Source: Octopus vulgaris
Taxonomy: Eukaryota
Assembly (NCBI GenBank): GCA_951406725.2
Contig: OX597821.1
Span: 118,172,001-118,236,000, forward strand
Direction: 5' to 3'
Length of the DNA: 64,000 nt
Every line of letters begins with the position of its first letter. Positions within the stretch are counted from its first letter, which is position 1. Below, piece by piece: positions 16,017 through 27,500 of the stretch. The notes below the pieces were generated by a model that ran no database searches, had not been told where the DNA came from, and saw nothing but the letters and a program-made list of their open reading frames with translations. Both the position numbers and the translations under genes were made by a program.

Positions 16017-19000
16017 CTCCCATATGTTTTCTTCATCCTCTCCTCTCTTGTCTCTACCCACTTGTTTTCCTTTTTACATACCCTACCTAGCAGGAGTTTA
16101 GCTGAGAAAAGGGGTGAGGGCCATGGCTCCCCTCGGGCGACCCTTTTATGGAGGCAGCATTCTTCACTCTGCTATATAAGCCTGCATTGGTCAGGTGGAG
16201 TAGAGGGTGGGGGACAGATTTAAGGGCTGCCCCCAACAGCACACTCTCTACATACACCACTGCTTCCTGTAAACCAAGATGGTACTTGCTGACAAATTGA
16301 AGTACCAACGAACTTGGTACTTCAATTTGTCAGCAAGCTATTTCACTTCACACATGCAATTAATGTCCTTTAAAACTCGTTTCCTCAATACATCAGCGAT
16401 GTGTCATCGTTGTCCTTGTTGTCATCATGATCATCATTTAACATCCATATTCCTTGTTGGCATGGGTTGAAGGGTTTGATAGGATCCAAGGGCTCCAAGA
16501 ACTGCACCAGGCTTCCGTATTGGTTTTTATAGCTGGATGTCTTTCTTGATACCAGCCACTTTACAACTTGTACTTGATGTGTTTTTCATGTCACTGGATT
16601 TAATGAAGTCACCATGTAGCTTGCAAAATTATAAAATAACCAAGCTTGTGTGCCCCTTGGTCTTGCCAGCTCCTGTCAAACCATCCAACCCATGCCAGCA
16701 TGGAAAACAGAATCAAATGATGATGCCAACTACTCTCACCCCCGCCATCCTGACACTCCCCAGTTCTTCACCACCACAAGTCATTCACTCCTCCACTGCA
16801 TTTGTGAAACTCCCCTCATTCCAGTACCCCATTGGCTACCATGGCTCAGAGAGACCAGGATAGCTGGTCTAAAGCCCAGCTGTTCATATGGCCAGCTACC
16901 AGGACCACACCAGGGCAGTTGAACCAGGTACAGGCAGTCAATGGATCCGGATTACCATTCATTATATTATGCCATTCTTAGGACAATGAGCTGAAAAAAA
17001 CCTAACCATTCTTTCACATGCCATCACTCTTAATTGTATAGAAGTGAAGGAAGACAACATAGTAGAATTCTGACCTGAATATTTGGCCATAATTATTTCA
17101 GTATTTTCCACTCAACAGGTTCCATCATTTATCATTCTGTCTCAATAAGGAGAGCACGTTGGCAGAAGTGTTAGCATGCCGGACAAAATGCTTAGCGGCA
17201 TTGCATCTGTCGTTATGTTCTGGGTTCAAATTCAGCTGACATCGTCTTTGCCTTTCATCCTTTCGTGGTTGATAAAATAAGTAGCAGTTGCATACTGGGG
17301 TCAATGTAATCGATTTACCCGCTTCCCTGAAATTGCTGGCCTTGTGCCAAAATTCGAAATCCTTCTTATGTCTCCTCACTGCTTTACCGTTTATTCTCTT
17401 TATATGTCTTTCTTTCAACAGACATCAACGAATGCGAAGATGTGGTTGTCCATCGATGTGAACATACATGCGTTGATACCCTGACCAGTTACCACTGTGA
17501 ATGTAACCCAGGTTATACCCTCATGACTGATAGGAAAGCTTGTCGGGGTCAGTATCAGTCGTCTTTTGAGCCATTCAACCAGATTTTTTTTCGTATTTAC
17601 TTTATTTTATTATTTTCCTGTGGAATATACTAATGAAGATACATTCACGATTTGCATGTTAATATTTCTAACATTTACGGCTGTCAGCTGGCAGAATCGT
17701 TACCACACCTGGCTAAATGCTTAGTGGCATTTCACCTGTCTTTACATTCTGTGTTCAAATTCTGCCGAGGTCAACTTTGCCTTTCATCCTTTCAGGGTTG
17801 ATCACTTAAGCACCAGTTGAGCACTAGGGTCGATTTAACTGACTTACTCCCTCCCATCAAAACTGCTGGCCTTGTGCCAAAATTTGAAATCAATATTTCT
17901 CACCTTTAAAGCTGTGAGCTGGCAGAGTTTGTTAGCACATCAGGCAAAATGTTCAGTGGCATTTTGCCTGCCTTTACGTCTTGAGTTCAAATTCCACCAA
18001 AGTCGACTTTGCCTTTCATCCTTTTAATGTTGATGAATTAAGTACCAGTTAAACACTGGGGTCAATGTATGAGGAGATGTCGAAAAGTTTCTGGCTTTGG
18101 GTAAGAGAAAATATGAGAGAATCAGTTAATTATGATTTCATTCAATACATCCTCCTCTCAGATTCACACTTTTATTGCAGTGGTCTCTCAGTTTTTGCAA
18201 GCTTTGTAAAAGAACTTGGAAGGTTGGGCCTCCAGCCAGGCCTTTCGCGAGACCCTTAAAGCCAGGAATTTTTCAGCACCCCCTCATAATTGACTTAATT
18301 ACCCCCAACTGAAATTACTGACCTGGTACCAAAGTTTGGCACCAATATTTGTATTCTTTAACCTTCGGTTCTTACTTGTTTCAGTGATTGGACTGCAGCC
18401 ATGCTGGAGCATCACCTTGGAGGGTTTTAGGGGAATAAATTGCTCCAGTATTTATTTTTTTTTACAGTCTGTTACTTATGCCATTGATCTCTTTTTGCCA
18501 AACTGCTAAGTTGCAGGGATGTAAACAGACCAACTTCAGTTGTCAAGTGCTGATGGAGAACAAACATGCACACACACACACACACACATTGAGCTTCCAC
18601 AGTTTCTGCCCCCCAAATTCACTAAGCAGCCACTGGCCAGCCTGGGGCAACAGTAGAACACACTTGACCATAGAGCCACACAGTGGGACTGAACCTGAAG
18701 CTTTGTATGATCAATTCATACTCGTTGCAAAGAATTTGATCTTAGCCCTGTATATTTCCAAAGCTTCTCTTTCTTTTCTTTACACACTTTAAAGTGGTTG
18801 GCATTAGAAGGGGTCTTCCTGTCATAGAAACCAGGCCAAAACAGACAACAGCTGCTGCTTGGTGCAGCTCTCCTCTGGCCTTGCCAGTTCTTGTAGAATC
18901 ATCCAACTCTTACCAGCATAGAGAACAAATATTTTAATATTTGTTCTCTATGCTTGTATGCTGGGGTGCAGGGAGTGCAAGCGCAACCCCTAAAATTTTT

Positions 19001-21555
19001 GCAGGATGCAGATTCAAGATTCGTGCCCCCACTTACTTTTCTCAAGTTTAATAAAAATTGATCTATAAAAAGTAGCTCGAAGTTAGGTTTCTTTACAATG
19101 GACAAAGAACAAAAATAAATATAAAATAAACACAATAAGACTTTGTAAAAATTTTGGACCTGGGTTTGCACCCCCCTATTCAGATTTCGTTCCCGAGCCA
19201 GTGAATGTCAGTGATAATGATGTCAATGATGATGATGATGATGATGATGATGTCAATGGTGATGATGATGATGATGTTGAGCATGATGTCGATGCTGATG
19301 ATGTGTAAGTTTGGAGTTACATTTAAAAGCATCACAACTGTATGATGCCCATTATTTAAAGTAAGTTTAATGGAATCGTAAACTGAACATGGCCAAAACA
19401 TTCCTTTGGCTGAGTTGAGTCTAATTAAGAATACAGTCTGTGTCCAGGTGAAGTTCCCCCCTTTGAAAGCACAGAGAGAAATGAATGCTTGTTGTATGTG
19501 GCATAAGGTGTGACATGCTGAGTTCAAAACTGTTTACGGACCAGAACTTTGAACAGAGCACATAAAAACAGAGAAACACACCAGCTTTCATTATCATCAT
19601 CATCATCACCTTCATTATTTAGTGTCCATTGTCCATGCTGGCATTGGACTGGACAGTTTGACAGGATTTGGTAAGCCAGAAAGGTTGCAGCAAGCTCCAG
19701 TGTTAGCTTTTGGGAGTTTTCGTGTGGCTACTTGCCCTTCCCAGTGCCAAACACCTTATGGTGTGTACTGAGTGATTTTTGCATGGGTCCAACACTAGTA
19801 AGGTCATCCAGTAAGTGGCAAGACATAAAAAGAACAGAAAAGGGAAAAGCCCCATGACTCAACAAGAGGTGGGTAATAGAGAGGAAGACGTGGTGGTGGT
19901 TTTATGCCAGGTGCTCAGAACTATCTTTCATGCCAGGTTCTCAGAGGTTTCTTCATGCCAGGTACTCAGAGGTGGTTTTTATGCCAGGTGCTCAAAGGTG
20001 TCTTTATGCCAGGTGCTCAGAGGTGCCCTTATGCCAGGTTGTCAGAGGTGCCCTTTATGTTAGGTGCTTAGAGGTGTCTTTTGTGCCAAGTGTTCAGAAC
20101 TATCTTTTATGCCAGGGGCTCAGAGGTATCTCTTATGCCAGGTGCCTAGAGTTATCTTTTATGCCAGGGGCTCAGAGTTGTCTTTCATGCTAGGTGCTCA
20201 ATCAGGTAAAGATCCTCACAAAGCAACATGTGGGCTTGCGTTTGGTCCCTTGACTTACCCGTAAAAGAAGCAAAATCTCAATCTAATTACACCTGGATAA
20301 TGTAATTTCAGATACAATATTCCCCTGTCAAATGAAGGAATGGCCCCCTTTTTTAACTACAGATCTGCTCTTCACTCTCATAGGGCAGCAACTGCAAAAT
20401 TTATGCTTTATATACAATCCTTGTTCAGTAAGATAATTCCATTTTGGAAACTGAAAATAAACTCACTGACCGATGGTAGCCTTGTGAATGAAACGGTCAA
20501 CAAATTTCCCATGTACTTCCTCTTGTAAAAATACAAAAAGATGAAAGGATTTTTCCATAAATATTTTTTTCTTGAGCCCTAGGACTGATAAAGCTAGTTG
20601 GCCAGGTTTCGTGGCATAGAAGTGACCCTAATCACGACAGACCCACTGAATGGGACACTAATCCTTTGCAGAGTTTGAGGCAAGTAATTTTGATGATGGG
20701 GGAAATCAATAACATCGACCAAATACATGACTGGTACTTTATTTTATCAACCCAGAACAGATAAAAGGAAAGAGCGCCCTCAGTAAGATTTGAACTCAGA
20801 ACATAAAGAACTACAAGAAATATGACTAAACAATTTGTTCAACATGCTAACGAGTCTGCCAGCTCATCACCTTCTTTGATAAATATAGACACTGATAGAT
20901 AGCGGTTTCAAAGTTTGGCACAAGGCCAGCAATTTAAAGGGAGCACATAAGTTGATTACATCGACCCCAGTTCATGACTGGTACTTGATTTATCAACCTC
21001 AAAAAGATAAAAGGCAAAGTCAATCATTACAGAATTTGAACAACTGATGGATATCAAAAACGGTTTTATAATTTGTTTTTTATAGATATTGATGAATGCC
21101 TTGAGAAGCCGGACACCTGCAGTCAGATGTGTCACAACACAGTGGGAAATTATTCCTGCAAATGTAATGAAGGTTATATGAGAGGACTTGACACTCACAG
21201 CTGCAAGAAGAAAGATGGTAAAAATTGCTCAAGCTATTTTCATGAAATTCTGGATGATTTGTCCTCTCTTTCACTCTCTATCTCCCTCTCTCTCTCCTTC
21301 CATCATTTCTCCTTCACATCCCTCTTTCTTTCTATTCCTCTGTGTGTGTGTGTGGTGAACATTTGTTGCTTCAAGGATTGTGCGTTAAGCAAGGTATTGG
21401 CTGAACAACCTCCAAAGCTTTTTGTTTTTATTTCTTGTCTTTGGTCAGTAAGTGTTATTTCTGATTTGCTTCTGTCTAGAAATCAAAGGAAATGACCGCT
21501 ATTCCCTTAAAACTTTGCTTTTGTCAACTGGACATTAATATTTTGAAACACACAT

Positions 21556-21597
<42 letters not shown>

Positions 21598-24500
21598 TAC
21601 TAACACCTAGAATTTCAGTATTTCTGCCACAGAGCTTACATCTACATCATCAATGACCTTAGTGCTTATGCATACTACGCTGCTAACACCACAACCTTAA
21701 CATGCCTAAATGCTTGAATGTTGTCAAGTCGGAAGAGAGATCAGATGAAAAATGCCTAAAAAACGATCACCACCACAATAACCATCTTCTTTTCAGGCGC
21801 TGAATTGCTCCCCTCCCCCCCACATCTCCTTCGCAGTTTTCAGAGTTGGCACTGACAATGTTGGTACATTGAAAGGTAGGTCTAGTGAGATTGTAGAGAT
21901 GCTTGAGAGAAGACAGGTTGATGTATGCTGCATACAAGAGGTAAGATGGAGAGGTGCTTCAGCTAGGGTCCTCACAGGCAAGGCACATAGGTATAAAGTC
22001 TTCTGGCAAGGTAACATGGATGGTGTAGGGGGTGTAGGCATTCTCCTTGCGGAGAAATGGGTGGATAAGGTCATAGAGGTTGTCAAGGTTTGCGATAGAG
22101 TGCTTAAGCTCAGGTTAGTCCTACAGAGTGGCACAGCTACGATTATCTCCGCCTATGCCCCACAAGCGGGACTACCAAATGATCAGAAGGACCAATTTTA
22201 TGATACTCTTCTACAGGCTACCTCAAAGACTAGTGGCAAGGACCTCATCTTTGTGGGTGGAGACTTTAATGGGCATGTCGGGCGGAAATCGGGTATCTTC
22301 ACTGGGGTACACGGTGGCCATGGTATTGGCACCAGAAATGATGAGGGAACTATATTACTGGAATTCTGTGAAGCATGTAACCTTGTAATCTGCAACACTA
22401 ACTTCAGGAAGCCTGACTGCCACCTTATAACCTATCAGTCAGGAGACTCCGCTAGCCAAATAGACTTCATTCTCACCAGACAGCGGGATGCAGGGTCGCT
22501 CTTAAATACAAAGACCCTCCCAGGTGAAGAATGTATCCCTCAGCATAGGCTAATCATCAGTGAATTTAAGCTAGAGGCCAGAAGGACTCCAAGAAACATA
22601 CGAATCCAGAAAAGAAGGATTTGGAGGCTAAAGAACCCTTCACATGGTCAGAGATTTAGGGACATCCTCATCAAGAAATTTGATAAGAGGGAGGAGGAGC
22701 TTCAGACGTCGGACATAGAAGGTAGCTGGGAATTCCTATGGGACAGCTTGCTGAGTGCCACAGACCAAGTCTGTGGATGGTGCAAAGTCCCTTCCAGACC
22801 TAGAGTTACGTGGTGGTGGAATAATGCAGTAGACAAAGCCATTAGTGCAAAGAGACAGGCTTGGAAAGCCTGGAGGGATGGGGGCAGCAGGGAATTGTAC
22901 CAGGTAGCCAAAAGGGAGGCTGGGCAGCAGGTATACATAGCCAAAGATGTAGCAGAAAAGAAGAAGTTTGCCAATGTCCTGCAACGTAAGGACCAAAGAG
23001 CTGAGGTATTTCGGATTGCCAGACAGTGTGTGAGAGAAAATAGTGATGTTACAGGAGAGAAATGTGTCCGCATGGATGATGGGGCACTTGCTTTTAATGT
23101 TGGTGAAAAGAAAGAGGCTTGGAGAAGCCATTATGAAAGACTGCTGAATGAGGAGAATGAATGGGAGGAGGAGAGCCTGCCAAATGTTGACCCAGTAGAG
23201 GGACCAGCTATCCGAATAGACAGCTCCCTTGTAGTTAAGGCAATTAAGGATATGGAAACAGGTAAAGCCCCCAGCCCATCAAAAATCCCTGCTGGGATGC
23301 TTAAAACAGCTGGCTATGTGGGCTATGGCCTAGTCACCTGCATTGTAAACCAGGTAGTTCACAATGGAGTCATACCCAATGACTGGCGTAGCAGCACCAT
23401 AGTCAACTGCTACAAGGGTAAGGGTGATGCTCTAGATAGAAATAACTACAGGGGTATTAAACTGTTGGATCAGGTGATGAAGGTCACAGAGAGGGTCATA
23501 ACCCATCTCATTAGGAAGAGAATTTGCTTAGATGAGATACAGTTCGGTTTTGTGCCGGGTAGAAGCACCACTGATGCTATATTCCTGGTCCGACAACCTA
23601 GCTAAAGATAAACCCCTCTACATAGCTTTTGTGGACTTGGAGAAAGCCTTTGACAGGGTTCCCCGATCCCTTATCTGGTGGTCAATGCGGAAACTGGAAA
23701 TTGACGAATGGCTAATAAGGGCTGTACAGGCTCTATACAGAGAGGCTGTCAGCAAGGTTAGGATTGGCAACAAATATAATGAAGAATGCTGGGTAGAAGT
23801 AGGTGTACACCAAGGCTCAGCCCTCAGTCCCCTTTTATTCATCATAGTCCTCCAGGCACTGTAGGAAAGGTGTAGGTAGAAACTCCATAAGATGCACCCA
23901 ATGTAAGCTATGGATGCATAAGAGGTGCAGCAACATCAAAGGGAAATTAACTGATAAGATAGCTTTCATGTGCGGCAGATGCACAGGGACAATAGACACC
24001 ACAGACACTCAGAAAACAGATTCCATCACACTCCAGGGGGAGAAACTAGAAGTACTTGATAGTTTCCGCTACCTGGGTGACCAAGAGGTGGATGCTCAGA
24101 GAGTATCACCACTAGAATACGAATAGCCTGGGCAAAGTTCAGAAAGCTCCTACCCCTACTGGCGACAAAGGGTCTCTCGCTTAGAGTGAAAGGTAGATTG
24201 TATGATGCATGTGTGCGAACTGCCATGCTTCACGGTAGTGAAACATGGGCTGTGACTGCAGAGGACATGCGTAGACTTGAAAGAAATGAAGCCTGCATGA
24301 TCCGCTGGATCCGTGTAATGTCAGCGTGCACGCACGACAGAGTGTAAGCACCCTGAGAGAAATGCTGGACATAAGAAGCATCAGATGTGGTGTGCAAGAG
24401 CGACGCTTGCGATGGTATGGTCATGTACTGCGGATGGATGAGGAGAGATGTGTGAAGAAGTGCCACTCCCAAACAGTTGAAGGTATCAGGGGGAGAGGTA

Positions 24501-27500
24501 GACCCAGGAAGACATGGGATGAGGTAGTCAAGCATGACCTCAGAGCGTTGGGCCTCACTGAGGCAATGGCGAAGGACCAAGATCTCTGGAGATATGCTGT
24601 GACTGCAAAGAACCTGGCTGCTTCCTGCACCAGTTCTGCATAGCCCCCTTCCCATTCAAAGTACCCTGGATCCCGGAACGTCTCGCTGTGCTTGAGGAAC
24701 ATGAACATCGAAATAAATATCAATGGAAATAGTAGTTGTGTTACCTGTGCCGTTGGCACATAAAAAGCACCATCCGAACGTGGCCGTTGCCAGCGCCGCC
24801 TTGGCTGGCTTCCGTGCCAGTGGCACGTTAAAAGCTCCAACCGATCGTGGCTGATGCCAGACCCCTCTGGCACCTGTGCAGGTGGCACGTAAAAAGCACC
24901 CACTACACTCGCGGAGTGGTTGGCGTTAGGAAGGGCATCCAGCTGTAGAAACTCTGCCAGATCAGACTGGAGCCTGGTGCAGACCCTGGCTTCCTAGACC
25001 CCGGTCAAACCGTCCAACCCGTGCTAGCCTGGAAAACGGACGTTAAACGATGATGATGATGATGATGATATGTGTATATATATATATATATATATTCTAT
25101 GTATATATACGCAAGGTGTTTGGGCTAAATTTGACAGTTTACATAAAAGCGAAAGAAAACAATATCCCATTCACAAAATAAAAGTATTTGCAAAGAATGA
25201 AAAAGTATCAACCAGATTAAGGTTGGGAGATAACTTTACTCGAAGTAGCCCCACCTCTCCCTCAGCTTCCACCACAACCTCAGAATCACTCCAAAAATCG
25301 GCACATGCATTCTCTGGGAAGGTTTTGAACACCTCCTCGACCTTGGCTGGCAGCTCAGCACTTGGAAGGTCTCGCTCAGCTGCACCCCACACATTGTAAT
25401 CTATGGGGAATAAGGAGGCCAAAAATAAGGGGATGCTGAAGTTTTAGAATCTCTTCAACAATCACTTCTGACACTTTCTGGAGCTGAATTCTGCGGCCAC
25501 ACATATGGCCTTCCAGCAGCAATCCTTTCCAGCCAGTAATAGTCTACAATCCCCATCAGCTTCACATAGCCATCCGAATTGAGCCCAAGGCCCTGTTCAA
25601 GAATGCTGGATGAATTCTGGAGTGTGGACACAGTCAGGACACCTACTGTCTCCCCCCCCACACACACACTCCTGCTGGCCACAGCTTTGTAGTCTCCATT
25701 GCAGCTGTCCATGTCATGTCTTACAAGTTTTACAGTGTTAACAAAGCATTTTGAGCAGCTGTCACAGCCGTTCAAGAATTTGGACCTGGGGATCTCCATT
25801 TCCAGCGACTTCGAGGGCCACCTCCCAGTGGTGTCGGGCGTCAACGAAGAACCTTTGACTACAACAAGACGACCAAAGTTTTTTTTTTTCCAAGGTCTGG
25901 GGTCTCCTGCCCCTAAGCCCTTGCCCATCACCTAATCACCCTTACCTGTCTTGTTGCTTAACAACAACAACAACAGCAGCAGTCACAATGACAGCATTTT
26001 GATAACCAGGGCGAATCATCAGGATACAGGTTAACTCTTTTCCAATATTCAGATCGCTTCCAGTCTTCCATGTCAGCTAACATTTTCTAAACTAGAACTT
26101 TAATCTTTATTGCTCTGCAATGCTGTTCCCTGTTCCCCAATCCATCAAGCTGCTTCTGAAAAAAAAACCCCCCAAAACCTAAAAAATCATCAAATTTAAC
26201 CCAACATATACATATTAGGTGGGTGATAATATTTTCAGTAGAGACATTGCAACTGTATGATTGTTCCCATGCTTCAATACTTTATATGTACATATATTTA
26301 CTCTATTGCTGATATTTATCAATGGTTGCTCCTGTTGTTTGGAGCACCATTTTCAATCATGTATGTATGTGTGTATGTATGTATGTATGTATGTATGTAT
26401 GTGTGTGTGTGTGTGTGTATGTGTGTATGTATGTGTGTGTGTATGTGTGTGTGTGTGTATGTGTGTATGTATGTATGCATGTATGTATGTGCGTATATGT
26501 GTGTGTGTGTGTATGTATGTATATATGTATGTGTGTTTGTAAATAAAAGGTGATGAATGGAGAATAGCAGTTTAATCCATGATACATATGTTTCAATAGC
26601 ATGGTATTTTATTCTTAACTAGCAGCATAGCCCGGCATTGCCCGGGTATGTAAGAGCCCCTGGAGCAGACATGATGCTCACTGTGAATTAAAAACAAATT
26701 CCTGCCAATTTGTGAAAGATATTGTCGAAAATATGTCATCTTGAATTTGAACGCGATTTCCCAAAATGGCATGATTTTATCGATTTTTTCTGATGGTAAG
26801 GTATTACATGGAAAACTAACATCAGAATTAAGTTTCTTAGGATAACATTAAGCTTCACAATGAGTTTGGTGAAAATTGATTGCAAGTTGCGAAAACTACA
26901 ACAGAAAATGTGTTGCATATAAAAAGCTTAGATTCTCGACCCCATGTCGAATTTATCGATTATTTTCAGAACTGGGGGAACTTTTCAAAATTTTCGCTGC
27001 GTTAGTTTTGAATTATGACATTGGGCTATGTGTGTGTCAAGTTTCATCAGAATCGGTTGAAAGCCGTGGTCAGGGTGAGGGTACAACCTGACAGACACAC
27101 AGACACACAGACAGACAAACTGCCGTTTATATAGAGAGAGATTCATACATTACATTACACCAAATCACTAGTCATCTCATCCAGCTATTAGAATAATATA
27201 TAAATAGAATAATATATATATATATGTGTATATTTGTTTGTTTACTTAATTAATTCTTGAATTTTTTCAATAGATGAAATTCCATGGCTTGTATTTGGTA
27301 ATCGCCATTATATTCGAAAGATGACACTGGATGGCTTGAATTACCAATTGATAGCTCAAGGATTACGTGAACTAATTTCCCTTGATTTTGACTACCAGGA
27401 GCAAAAACTCTACTTTTTTGATAAATGGACACGGAACATTCAAACAATTTTCATCAATGGCTCCAATCAGGAAAAGCTCTTTAAAGACCAGCGTTATGGT

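Noticed and set aside
19904-20200. Regular repeat as CRISPR or a coding repeat (ORFs 19815-20264)
   Set aside because: No spacers; the ORFs are by-products of the tandem unit and lack splice support or domain similarity.
21869-23605. 578-aa ORF as an active retrotransposon or host gene
   Set aside because: A frameshift near 23600 and a deletion of the YADD catalytic region make this copy non-functional for RT.
25620-25960. GC-richer stretch with ORFs 25455-25931 and 25699-25935 as a possible nested gene or retrocopy
   Set aside because: No recognisable domain or splice signals; part of the ORF overlaps a transposase remnant. A BLASTX search would be needed.
26257-26602. Cys/Val/Met/Tyr-rich ORFs
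   Set aside because: Pure (TATG)/(TG) microsatellite translations.
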